Of a stretch of 50,824 bases of DNA, positions 28,374-37,291 are shown one piece after another; the first letter of the stretch is position 1; the number at the start of each line of letters is the position of its first letter. The stretch covers positions 1 through 50,824 of the forward strand of contig DASPXK010000294.1 in NCBI GenBank assembly GCA_035637315.1. Reading direction: 5' to 3'. A program made the translations under genes and the position numbers. The notes beneath the pieces were generated by a model. That model saw nothing but the letters and a program-made list of their open reading frames with translations. It had not been told where the DNA came from and searched no databases. Source of the DNA: Chloroflexota bacterium (GTDB taxonomy: Bacteria; Chloroflexota; UBA6077; JACCZL01).

Positions 28374-29918
28374 CTATGGTACCCCGGGGCCTCGGGCGTC
28401 TCCCAACCACGCGGGCCAGCCTCCCCAGCGCACCAGTTGGGGTTGGGGCCGAATGGTGGTCGCCACGATGTCTGTGTGAACGGGCTCACGGCCCGGCCGA
28501 TTCTGAACGAAGACGGCCAGAAACCCGCTATCGAGGCCCGCCAGGCCTTGATATTCGCCGACGAAATAGCCGCCCGCGTCGGGAGCGGCGCGTAGGTCGA
28601 ATGGCTGCCCGAGGCGAATCGCATCGCCGAAGCTGGCGCCGTCATCGGCCGAGACGGTGAGCCAGTAGTCGGTCAACGATCCCTCCGTTTCGGCGGCCGG
28701 ACTCCGAAAGGCGTAGTACGTGGCTCCCAGCAAGCCCGCGCGGCCGATGCTCAACGAGGGTACGAAAGCCGCCCCACCGTTCGAGGCACTGACCCGCACA
28801 GGTGGGGTCCAGCTAGCTCCACCATCGTCTGAGCTGCAGATCAGGACCTCGTCATATTGTCCCGCGTTGAGGCGAGCGTCCTGCCACGCGACGTACAGCC
28901 GGCCGGTCCGGCCGTCGATGGCGGGACTCGGAATCCGACTCGCGGTCCGTACGGCGGCGCCGGTACCCGAATCGACCACGCCGACCGTCTGCAAGGGCGT
29001 AATGATGAGCGGCTCCGACCACGTCTCGCCGCCATCGGTCGACTTCTGGAAAGCAACGTTGTTCTCGTGCTCCGGGCTCGGCCTGACGCCGCTCCGGATG
29101 ATCCAATTGAAGACGTTGTACAGGGTGCCGGTCCGCGGGTCGATCAGGATCCGGTTGCCGAACGCTTCGTTGTACGGGCCGGGCCGGGCTACGACCCTCG
29201 GCTCGCTCCAGCTCCCGCCGCCGTCTTCTGTCTCCGACAGCCAGGCCGCGACGGTAAAGAAGCCGGGATCGCTCGCGTCGAGCCGCTGCCAGATGACGTA
29301 GGCGACGCCAGGCCTGGCGGGGTCGGCGGTGACAGTCGCCTTGTCGTTGAAGAACTGGCTCGTACCGCGGTCGGCTCCGATAACTCGCAGGTTCCGCCAG
29401 GTCCGCCCACCGTCGGTCGAGGTAGCGGCGGCGACGGCGCTGTCGTTGGGGAGAAGGTCTGGGCCGGGTACCGAGAGCGAGATCGCGACGGCGTAGGCGG
29501 TGCCGTCCGGCCCAAATGAGACCCAGGGGTCGGTCGCGCGCGGGAACGGCAGCCCCCCGGGTGCGCAGGCGCTGAACGGTAGCGGCGTCTGGGCCCATCT
29601 TGAGCCGCCGTCGAATGAATAACCCGCGACGAGGCCCCGAGCGCCCATATTGGACCAGCGATCCTGCTGCCAGACCGCGACGACATTGGCGGCGCTCCCT
29701 CCGGCGGTCGGATTGACCGCCACCCACGGCTCCACCGCCGCGTCCACGTAGCTGATACCCGGCCCATCGGCTACGCAAGCCGCGAATGGGCTGGAGCCCG
29801 AAACGCGGATCGGTCTGGGCGTCCCGGCGATGTCGGGGCCGGCGACGCCGATGGCCAGCCCGGCTGACCACGCAAGCAGCGCCAGGCAGACCAGCGCGAC
29901 CAGCCTCGACTTCCGCAT
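28374..29918 (-). CDS. Secreted BNR/Asp-box repeat protein (sialidase/exo-alpha-sialidase-like beta-propeller)
   Basis: 514 aa. Signal peptide MRKSRLVALVCLALLAWSAGLA. Asp-boxes SFDGGSRW, STDGGRTW, TEDGGGSW, STDGGETW, SDDGGASW. Confidence 0.8.
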   Translation of the reverse strand: MRKSRLVALVCLALLAWSAGLAIGVAGPDIAGTPRPIRVSGSSPFAACVADGPGISYVDAAVEPWVAVNPTAGGSAANVVAVWQQDRWSNMGARGLVAGYSFDGGSRWAQTPLPFSACAPGGLPFPRATDPWVSFGPDGTAYAVAISLSVPGPDLLPNDSAVAAATSTDGGRTWRNLRVIGADRGTSQFFNDKATVTADPARPGVAYVIWQRLDASDPGFFTVAAWLSETEDGGGSWSEPRVVARPGPYNEAFGNRILIDPRTGTLYNVFNWIIRSGVRPSPEHENNVAFQKSTDGGETWSEPLIITPLQTVGVVDSGTGAAVRTASRIPSPAIDGRTGRLYVAWQDARLNAGQYDEVLICSSDDGGASWTPPVRVSASNGGAAFVPSLSIGRAGLLGATYYAFRSPAAETEGSLTDYWLTVSADDGASFGDAIRLGQPFDLRAAPDAGGYFVGEYQGLAGLDSGFLAVFVQNRPGREPVHTDIVATTIRPQPQLVRWGGWPAWLGDARGPGVP

Positions 29919-30067
29919 CGCGGCCGCAATTATCGCCGCGTCTGAACTCGCCCGCGGCGGCTTGGAATGCTATGAGGCCTACCCACGACTTGCGAGCGCT
30001 GGTACAGTTCGTGCACCCGGCTTCTGGCGCCGGTAGCGGCACAGCTGATGGAGCGTGGAGGACGCCG

Positions 30068-30736
30068 ATGGAAGAGCACGACCAGATACCTGGAACTTCA
30101 ACTCGGCCGCCTGAGCGGAGGTTCTGGACCGAAGAGGCCGAGGGCGCTGAGGGCGCGACGGAGGCGAAAGCTGATCCCTGGTCGGGCGGGACCCAATCTC
30201 ACCGCTGGGCTCCGTGGGACGAGCCGAGCGGCACGCCTGTCGCCACCACCGCCGCCTGGTGGGGCGCGGCGGGCGCCGGACTGGCCGCCGTGGCGTGCGG
30301 GGCTAGCGCATACGCCTGGTGGCGCCGCCAGCAGGCCCGTCGAACGGGGCTGGCCAGACTTCGTTACGCTTTGTCCCGGACGAGCCTGGCGCCGCGCGTC
30401 AGCCTGCCGGAAGCCGCCCGGGCGTGCGGCCGCGCCGCGGACAAGACGAAGTCGCAGTGGCTCCCATTCGCGATGGTGCCGATCGCGCTCTGGCTGCAGA
30501 CACGGGGCCGCCAGGGCCGCAAAGCCAGCGAGGAGATGTTGAAGCCCCTCAAGCTTGAGAAGCGGTCCGTGCAGCTCGCCCGCCGCAGCGCCAAGCTGGT
30601 CGAGACGTCGGGCCGCCGATGGGTTCGGCGGGCCGTGCCGGCGAGAAATCGCGGCTGGAGCTGGCGGCGCAGACTGATCGCGATGCCGGCCTTCGTCGGC
30701 CTGTGCCTCGGCGCCATCTGGTGGACGAGACGGTAG
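30068..30736 (+). CDS. Hypothetical Arg/Trp-rich membrane protein
   Basis: ORF 29786..30736 trimmed to ATG 30068, because the upstream part overlaps the BNR gene. Three hydrophobic stretches (AAWWGAAGAGLAAVACGASAYAWW, WLPFAMVPIALWL, LIAMPAFVGLCLGAIWW). Confidence 0.4.
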   Translation: MEEHDQIPGTSTRPPERRFWTEEAEGAEGATEAKADPWSGGTQSHRWAPWDEPSGTPVATTAAWWGAAGAGLAAVACGASAYAWWRRQQARRTGLARLRYALSRTSLAPRVSLPEAARACGRAADKTKSQWLPFAMVPIALWLQTRGRQGRKASEEMLKPLKLEKRSVQLARRSAKLVETSGRRWVRRAVPARNRGWSWRRRLIAMPAFVGLCLGAIWWTRR

Positions 30737-30742
30737 GGGGCA

Positions 30743-32848
30743 TCAGCCGGCCGCGATGCTCCGCTCGAGCAGCTCGGCCACGTCGGAGACCGGCAGCTCT
30801 TCGTATGCGCCCTTCCCGCGCGTGCCATCCTCCAGCATGATCATGCAGTAGGGACAGGCCACCGCGATCCGGTCCGGGTGCTCGGCCTGGATCTGCTCGA
30901 CGCGCAGGTGGTTCATCCGGCTCCCACGGCGCTCCTCAAAGAAGATCTTGGCGCCGCCCGCGCCACAGCACAACGCCTTGTTGCGGCAGCCGGCTCGAAC
31001 CTCCCGCAGATCGAGCCCCGGGATCGCTCCGAGCGCCTCGCGCGGCTGATCGTAGATATCCTGGTAGCGCCCCAAGTAGCAGGAGTCGTGATAGGCCACA
31101 CTCTCCTCCAGCCGCGCGCTCGGCTTCAGCCTGCCCTGCCGGACCAGCTCGGCCAGGTACTCCGCGTGGTGGCGGACCACGTAGTTGCCGCCCAACTGCG
31201 GGTATTCGTCCTTCAAGCTGTTGAAGCAGTGCGGGCACGACGCGAGGATCGTCTTGACTGCGAGCTCGTTCAGCGTCTGGACGTTCTCCCCGGCCAGCAG
31301 CTGGTAGAGGTATTCATGTCCAGCCCGACGCGCCGGATCGCCGGTACAGGTCTCACGCGTCCCAAGGATCGCGAAGCGAACCCCGGCCGAGCGCAGCACG
31401 CGAGCCAGCGAACGGGCGACCTTCTGGTTCCGCTCGTCGTACGAGGCGGCGCAGCCGACCCAGTAGATCAGGTCGACGTCCGCGATGGCCACGTCCTGGC
31501 CGAGGACTGGAACGTCGAGGCCGTCGGCCCATTTGGCGCGGTCGGCGCGCGGGAAGCGCCAGGGATTGCCGGCCGCTTCGAGATTATCGAACAAGCGCTG
31601 CAGCTCGGGCTCGAAGCGGTTCTCGACCATCACCAGGTGGCGCCGCATGTCGACGATCTTGGGAACGTGCTCGATAAAGACCGGGCAAGCCTCCATACAG
31701 GCCCGACAGGTGGTGCAGTCCCAGAGGACCTCGTCGGCGATGACGTCGCCAACCAGCCTGGGCGGCGCGTGCTCGCCGCGCGAACCCGACTCGGCCGAGC
31801 CACCATTTGTGGGCGGGCCGGGCCCGTCGCGCCGTCGCCGACGGGTCAGCGGACCGGCTTGCTGGAGGAGCTGATTTCGTAAGTCCAGGATGACGAGCAT
31901 CGGCGAGAGCGGCTTGCCGGTCCGGCTGGCTGGGCAGGCCGCCTCGCAGCGCGCGCACTCGGTGCACGCCTGGGCGTCGAAAAGACCTTTCCAGGTCAGG
32001 TCGCTGAGCTTCCCCACGCCGACGGCCGGGGGGTCCTGCTCGAAGGCCTTCTCCACGTCGATGTAGCTGAGCTGGCCGCGCGGCGCCAGCGAGCGCAGGT
32101 AGATGTTGGCTGGGGAGAAGAAGATGTGGCGAAGCTTCGAGTAGGGGACGTAGGAGATGAATACGAACGCGAGGACGAGATGAAACCACCACGAGAAGCC
32201 GTGGATCGCGAGCAAGAGTGGGATGCTCAGCCCCAGGCCTTGAAGCGCCAACCCGGTCGCCTTGCCGACTGGCGACCAGTCGCCCCACGGGTCGCCGGTG
32301 GCGACGATCCGGATGCCCTCCAACACGAAGCCGGTCACGAGGATCAGCAGGAACAGGCCAAGGATTACGCCATCGTCGAGCGCGGTCCGAGGATCGAGCG
32401 GGTGGTACAGACGATCCGGCCGGCGGCCGAAGCGTTTGAAGATCGCCATCAGGACGCCGACGATCGCGAGCAGCCCGAAGACGTCCAGAGCGAGCGACTG
32501 GAACCACAGATAGAACTGGCCCTGCATGATTCGCAGGCCGAGGTCCTCGTGGATGAAGACCACGACGGTCCCGACGAAGAGGACCACGAATCCAACCGAG
32601 AACAGCAGGTGCATGGTGCCCGAATAGCGCTCGCGCAACGTCCGACCCTGTCCAACGGCGTGGGCGAAGAAGTAGCGGGCGCGCTCGGCGGGGTGGTCCA
32701 AGCGGTCCTCGGGCTTGCCGAGCGCCAGAGCCCGGTAGTACTGGTAGACGCCGTAAGCCAGCACTGCCAGGGCGATAGCCAGCAGCACGTACATCAGCCA
32801 GACGCCCTGGATGTTCCAGTAGACTGCGCGGGTTGGCACGTCGTTCAC
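30743..32848 (-). CDS. Membrane-anchored Fe-S oxidoreductase (NarI/DsrM-like TM domain, 2x[4Fe-4S], CCG domains; HdrD/GlpC/Rv0338c-like)
   Basis: CTECARCEAACP and CTTCRACMEACP ferredoxin motifs. C-terminal CCG motifs (ALCCGAGG). 5-6 N-terminal TM helices. Start set at GTG 32846-32848 to avoid overlap with the divergent nitroreductase. Confidence 0.8.
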   Translation of the reverse strand: MNDVPTRAVYWNIQGVWLMYVLLAIALAVLAYGVYQYYRALALGKPEDRLDHPAERARYFFAHAVGQGRTLRERYSGTMHLLFSVGFVVLFVGTVVVFIHEDLGLRIMQGQFYLWFQSLALDVFGLLAIVGVLMAIFKRFGRRPDRLYHPLDPRTALDDGVILGLFLLILVTGFVLEGIRIVATGDPWGDWSPVGKATGLALQGLGLSIPLLLAIHGFSWWFHLVLAFVFISYVPYSKLRHIFFSPANIYLRSLAPRGQLSYIDVEKAFEQDPPAVGVGKLSDLTWKGLFDAQACTECARCEAACPASRTGKPLSPMLVILDLRNQLLQQAGPLTRRRRRDGPGPPTNGGSAESGSRGEHAPPRLVGDVIADEVLWDCTTCRACMEACPVFIEHVPKIVDMRRHLVMVENRFEPELQRLFDNLEAAGNPWRFPRADRAKWADGLDVPVLGQDVAIADVDLIYWVGCAASYDERNQKVARSLARVLRSAGVRFAILGTRETCTGDPARRAGHEYLYQLLAGENVQTLNELAVKTILASCPHCFNSLKDEYPQLGGNYVVRHHAEYLAELVRQGRLKPSARLEESVAYHDSCYLGRYQDIYDQPREALGAIPGLDLREVRAGCRNKALCCGAGGAKIFFEERRGSRMNHLRVEQIQAEHPDRIAVACPYCMIMLEDGTRGKGAYEELPVSDVAELLERSIAAG

Positions 32849-32924
32849 GGCTTTGCCATCGCCCTGCCGATGAGAGGTTAGGCGGCGGGTGGCCGAATGG
32901 TACCATCCAGTGTCAGGAGCTCGA

Positions 32925-33527
32925 ATGATGGACGTTATGGAGGCGATTCGGACCCGGCGGAGTATCGCCAAGACGCAGCCGCGGTTGCCCTCGCGCGAGC
33001 TGATCGAGGAGGTCCTCGAGGCGGCCACCTGGGCCCCGAACCACTACCTCAACCAGCCGTGGCGGTTCTTCGTTCTGGGCGGCGCGGCGCGCGAGCGGTT
33101 TGGCGAGGTGCTCGCCGAGGATGCCTGCCGAGCGCTGAGCAATCTCAGCCCTGAACAGCGGGAGGCGGTGGCCGAAGCGCAGCGGGCCAAGGCCGTCCGG
33201 GCGCCGGTCATCGTGACCGTCGCGGTCGAGCCGCCAGTCGGCCCCAAGATCGTGGACGTCGAGAACGTCTGCGCAGCCGCGTGCGCTATCCAGAACCTGC
33301 TGCTGGCCGCCCACGCCCGCGGCCTGGCGATCAAATGGAGCACCGGTCCGGCGGCTCGCTCCGAGCTGGTCAAGCGCTTTTTCGGACTGTCGCCGGAGCA
33401 CCAGATCCTGGCCTTCCTCTACCTCGGCTACCCAGCCGAGGAGCCGCCCGCCGCGAGCCGCGCAGCCGTCCACGAAAAGACGACCTGGCTCGGCTGGTCA
33501 GCGGATGGCCAGCATCACTCTAGCTAG
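32925..33527 (+). CDS. Nitroreductase-family protein
   Basis: MMDVMEAIRTRRSI...WAPNHYLNQPWRFFVL...AIQNLLLAAHARGLA. AGGAG lies 6 nt upstream of ATG 32925. Confidence 0.85.
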   Translation: MMDVMEAIRTRRSIAKTQPRLPSRELIEEVLEAATWAPNHYLNQPWRFFVLGGAARERFGEVLAEDACRALSNLSPEQREAVAEAQRAKAVRAPVIVTVAVEPPVGPKIVDVENVCAAACAIQNLLLAAHARGLAIKWSTGPAARSELVKRFFGLSPEHQILAFLYLGYPAEEPPAASRAAVHEKTTWLGWSADGQHHSS

Positions 33528-33661
33528 AGGCGCTGCCGGAGGGCCTGCAGGGCGGGGCTTGTCCCCGCGAAGCGCACTTGTTCCCGCCGGTTGGGCCTCG
33601 GGGTGGCCCGGCACCCAGAAATCTTGACAGCGTAACGTCTCACTGTTATGATTCTGCCACG

Positions 33662-34219
33662 ATGATGAGATCGAGCACGGGTGGCTACACGGTGAAGGGC
33701 CTCGCCGAGCGGGCAGGCGTGACCCCGAGGACGATCTACTACTACGTTAGTGAGGGACTTCTGCCGCGCCCGGAGGGAGGCGGCCCGACGACCAGCTACC
33801 GTGCCGAGCACCTGGCGCGGCTGCGGTTGATTCGCCGCCTGAAGGAGGAATACCTGCCCCTGGCCGAGATCCGTCGCCGACTCGCCGAGCTATCGGCGGT
33901 CGAGGTGGAGTCGCTGCTCGCAAGGCCATCTCCATCATCGCCAGCCGAGAGCGCCCGCGAGTACCTGGCGCGCGTCCTGGACACCGAGGGCCCGCCTCCC
34001 CAGGTGGCGCTGGCTGGCCGCTCGCTAAGCGCGGCGCGCCGGCCGAGGCTGGGGCGGATAGCGGACCCGGATTCGATGGGGCGCGAGGCGATCTCGGACT
34101 GGCGCCGGCTCCAGATCGACCCTGACATGGAGCTCCACATCAGGCGCGACGCCCGTTCAGCCGTGCGCAAGAGCTTGCCAAGGATCGTCGCGGCGCTCCG
34201 TGGCGTCCTGGAAGCGTAG
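33662..34219 (+). CDS. MerR-family transcriptional regulator
   Basis: YTVKGLAERAGVTPRTIYYYVSEGLLPRPEG...YRAEHLARLRLIRRLKEEYLPLAEIRRRL. The C-terminal roughly 100 aa are of unknown type. Confidence 0.8.
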   Translation: MMRSSTGGYTVKGLAERAGVTPRTIYYYVSEGLLPRPEGGGPTTSYRAEHLARLRLIRRLKEEYLPLAEIRRRLAELSAVEVESLLARPSPSSPAESAREYLARVLDTEGPPPQVALAGRSLSAARRPRLGRIADPDSMGREAISDWRRLQIDPDMELHIRRDARSAVRKSLPRIVAALRGVLEA

Positions 34220-34264
34220 ACAGTCACGGTGCATCCGCCGGTGGCTGGGAGAAAGGATACCCCG

Positions 34265-35512
34265 ATGCAGCTCAAAGCCCGTTTCGACCGCCCGCTGGCG
34301 CGGACCCACTCCGCCTCGAGCCGGTACCTGTTGCTGGAGATCACTGCGCCCGATCGGCCGCGCAGGCAGCCGCGGCAGCCGCTCAACCTGGCCATCGTTT
34401 TGGACCGCAGCGGCTCGATGGCCGGCGAGAAGCTGGCCCTGGCTCGCCAGGCCGCGGCGATGTTGGTCCGCCAGCTCGACGATGCCGACAGGGCTTGTGT
34501 CATCGCATACGACGACGAGGTGAGCCGTGTCTCGCCATCCCGGCCGGCGACGCCCACGGCCAAGGCCGAGCTGGAAAGACTGATCCGGGGGATCCAGAGT
34601 GGTGGCTCGACCAACTTGAGTGGTGGGTGGCTGGAAGGCTGCCGTGAGGTGGCCAACCACCAGGTCGAGGCTCGCCGGGGCATCGATCGCGCGCTGCTGC
34701 TTACTGATGGGCTGGCCAACGTGGGGATCGTCGATCAGGAGGAGCTGTGCACCCACGCCGGCGAGCTGCGGGCGCGCGGGATCTCCACCTCCACCTTCGG
34801 GATTGGCGCGGACTTTAACGAGGATCTGCTCCAGGCGATGGCCGACAAGGGCGGCGGCCATTACTTCTACTTGCGCGGACCGGACGATCTCGCGCCCAGT
34901 TTTCGCCGCGAGCTGGGTGAGCTGATGGAGATCGTCGCCCGCGACGCGGTGGTGGAGGTGCGCATGGCCGTCGCAGTCGAGCTGTTGAACGACCAGCCGG
35001 TCGAGCGACTTCCGGATGGGGTTCGAGTCCCACTCGGCGACCTGTGCGCCCGCGAGCAGATACCGCTGGCCTTTCAGGTCACGACCGTCCCAGCGGCCAC
35101 CGGCAGCGAGGTTCCGATACACGCGCTGGTGATGTATCGCGAACCACACCTCGGCCGAGGCCGCGAGCTACGCTTCCCTGACGTTGCCTTGCGGCACGCG
35201 GCGGATCGCCAGGTGGACGGCCAGAAGCGTGACTTCGAGGTGACCAAACAGGTCGGCCTGCTCTACGCTGCGCGTGCCAAACGCGAGGCGGCCGCACTCA
35301 ACCGCGAGGGTCGCTTCGACGAGGCGCGTCGGCTTCTGGAGCGCACGGCCGAGAGGATCGAGAGCTACGCGGGTTCGGACCCCGAGCTGCGCGAGGCGAT
35401 CCGCCAGCTCCGCGAGCTTGCCCCCCAGGCCGCGCTCCCGATGGCAGCACCTGCCGTCAAGGAGATGACCTACGCCGCCTACCTGACGGCCCGCAACCGG
35501 TCCGACTATTGA
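34265..35512 (+). CDS. Cytoplasmic von Willebrand factor A (vWA) domain protein with helical C-terminal extension
   Basis: MIDAS motif LDRSGSM plus GGSTNL and LLLTDGLANVG. No signal peptide or TM segment seen. Confidence 0.8.
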   Translation: MQLKARFDRPLARTHSASSRYLLLEITAPDRPRRQPRQPLNLAIVLDRSGSMAGEKLALARQAAAMLVRQLDDADRACVIAYDDEVSRVSPSRPATPTAKAELERLIRGIQSGGSTNLSGGWLEGCREVANHQVEARRGIDRALLLTDGLANVGIVDQEELCTHAGELRARGISTSTFGIGADFNEDLLQAMADKGGGHYFYLRGPDDLAPSFRRELGELMEIVARDAVVEVRMAVAVELLNDQPVERLPDGVRVPLGDLCAREQIPLAFQVTTVPAATGSEVPIHALVMYREPHLGRGRELRFPDVALRHAADRQVDGQKRDFEVTKQVGLLYAARAKREAAALNREGRFDEARRLLERTAERIESYAGSDPELREAIRQLRELAPQAALPMAAPAVKEMTYAAYLTARNRSDY

Positions 35513-35600
35513 TAGCGTCACGAGTGGCCGGGAAAAGGGGGCCCGCTCGTCCGCGCCCTGCACGCAGCGCCCCGAGGCGTATAGAATTATAAGGCTATGC

Positions 35601-35631
35601 TTGCCAGAATTATTAGTAGGTGCTAATCTCA
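35601..35631 (+). promoter_or_regulatory. Candidate sigma-70 promoter TTGCCA-N17-TAATCT, overlapped by an IdeR/DtxR-like box TTAGTAGGTGCTAATCTCA (35613-35631)
   Basis: Read directly in the AT-rich patch 35581-35631, upstream of the FTR1 permease. The box matches 11 of 19 positions of the TTAGGTTAGCCTAACCTAA consensus, with a TTAG-N6-CTAA core. A direct repeat AGAATTAT occurs at 35583 and 35607. Confidence 0.35.
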
Positions 35632-35687
35632 GCGGGCGGCTGCGTCTCAAGCCTGGACCGCGGCCGCGGACAGCTCGAATCAGTAGG

Positions 35688-37187
35688 ATGCGAATGAGAG
35701 TTTTTAGCCGTCTCGCCCTCTCGCTTGTGCTGTTAGCGCTGCCTGGGCTGGCTTTGGCCGCGACACCCGCGGAGCAGGTCGCGGAGCTTGCCACGCACGT
35801 GGATACCGCCCTTGCGCGGCTGGACGCTGGGGACCTGGCCGGCGCGCGCGCCGAATACGACGCGTTCCAGAAGGGATGGCCAGGCATCGAAGACGGTGTT
35901 CGGGCTCAGTCGCGCTCCAGCTACCGGGCGATCGAAGACGCGATGGGCGGGACCAGGCGTGCGCTGCAAGCGGAGTCGGTCAATCCCGACGCGGCCCGCG
36001 TGGCACTCCGAAAGCTGCGCTCCGAGTGTGACGCTTTTATTGGGGCACCGGCCGCCGGCAAGCCGGTAGCGCCGCAGCCGGCGGCGCGCGGCGCCACGTT
36101 AGCCGGCCTGCTGGCTCACGTCGACTCTGCGCAGGCCAGGTTGGACGCAAACGACCCGGCCGGCGCCGCGGCCGAGGTCGACGCGTTTCGTCGTGACTGG
36201 CCCGAGGTCGAAGGGCTGGTGAAGGCCAGGTCGGACCGGGTCTACCGAGATACCGAGAACAACTTCGGCGATGCCTATGCGTCCCTGAGCCGGCGACCGC
36301 CGGACGAGGCCGCGGCCCGGAAGGCGTTGACGCAGATGAGGGCCGATCTCACGCCGTTTGTCGAAGGCAGCACGCGGTATGGGGTCTCAGACGCCGCCAT
36401 CATCATGTTGCGCGAGGGGCTCGAGGCGTTGCTTGTGGTCGCGGCCCTGCTGGCGTTCTTGAAGAAGACCGGGAACGGCACGAAGGGGCGCTGGATCTGG
36501 GCTGGCAGCGCTGGCGGCGTCGTCGCCAGCGTTGGGGTAGCCGTGCTGGTCAATCTCCTCTTCTCGCGGGCGGCCGGAGTCAATCGTGAGCTGCTGGAGG
36601 GGGTAACCAGTCTGGCGGCCGCGGCGATGCTCGTATACGTGAGCTACTGGCTCCACTCCCAGGCGCGCCTCGGTGCCTGGCAGCGCTACATCGAGGACAA
36701 GAGCACCGCCGCTCTGGCTCGCAACAGCCTCCTATCGCTCGCCCTCGTCGCATTCCTGGCCGTCTTCCGCGAGGGCGCCGAGACAGTCCTCTTCTACGTC
36801 GGCATCGCACCCTCGATCAGCCTGCGCGACCTAGCCCTCGGTATTGGCATGGGCGTGGCCGGGCTGGGGGCGGTGGGAGTGCTGATGCTGGTTGCTGGTG
36901 TGAAGCTGCCGGTTCGCCCATTCTTCCTGGTCACCGGCACGTTGCTGTACTACCTGGCTTTCAAGTTCGTCGGGACCGGCATCCATGCGCTACAGGTTGC
37001 GGGCGTGCTGCCTGCCACGCCGGCCGCGTATCTGCCCGCCAACGGCTTCCTGGGCCTGTTCCCGACCTGGGAGACAACGCTTCTCCAGGCCGCGCTGCTG
37101 CTGGCCGGGGCAGCCGCCGTCACAGTAGTGTGGCTGCGCCGCCCGGGGCAGCCGCATCCGAGCGGGTCCGCCTCGACGGCCGCCTGA
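35688..37187 (+). CDS. FTR1/EfeU-family iron permease fused to a duplicated extracytoplasmic helical N-terminal domain
   Basis: Signal peptide MRMRVFSRLALSLVLLALPGLALA. Two homologous roughly 100-aa modules (HVDTALARLDAGDLAGARAEYDAFQKGWP... and HVDSAQARLDANDPAGAAAEVDAFRRDWP...). REGLE and REGAE (REXXE) motifs in the TM domain. Confidence 0.8.
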   Translation: MRMRVFSRLALSLVLLALPGLALAATPAEQVAELATHVDTALARLDAGDLAGARAEYDAFQKGWPGIEDGVRAQSRSSYRAIEDAMGGTRRALQAESVNPDAARVALRKLRSECDAFIGAPAAGKPVAPQPAARGATLAGLLAHVDSAQARLDANDPAGAAAEVDAFRRDWPEVEGLVKARSDRVYRDTENNFGDAYASLSRRPPDEAAARKALTQMRADLTPFVEGSTRYGVSDAAIIMLREGLEALLVVAALLAFLKKTGNGTKGRWIWAGSAGGVVASVGVAVLVNLLFSRAAGVNRELLEGVTSLAAAAMLVYVSYWLHSQARLGAWQRYIEDKSTAALARNSLLSLALVAFLAVFREGAETVLFYVGIAPSISLRDLALGIGMGVAGLGAVGVLMLVAGVKLPVRPFFLVTGTLLYYLAFKFVGTGIHALQVAGVLPATPAAYLPANGFLGLFPTWETTLLQAALLLAGAAAVTVVWLRRPGQPHPSGSASTAA

Positions 37188-37291
37188 CCGCGCCCGAGCG
37201 GCCCCTCGCTCATCTCACGTTCTGTTGCTGGGTACAATCCGAACCGAGGCCTCGGCCGAGCCGGCGGCCACCCTGACCCGAGGGTCACATA

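Noticed and set aside
29786-30067. N-terminal 94 codons of ORF 29786..30736
   Set aside because: They overlap the 5' end of the BNR gene on the other strand and are Arg/Pro/Ala-rich. The ORF was trimmed to ATG 30068.
33796-35149. 307-aa and 330-aa minus-strand ORFs
   Set aside because: Antisense to the MerR and vWA genes, which have clear motifs (HTH, MIDAS). The shadow frames are Ser/Arg/Ala-rich.
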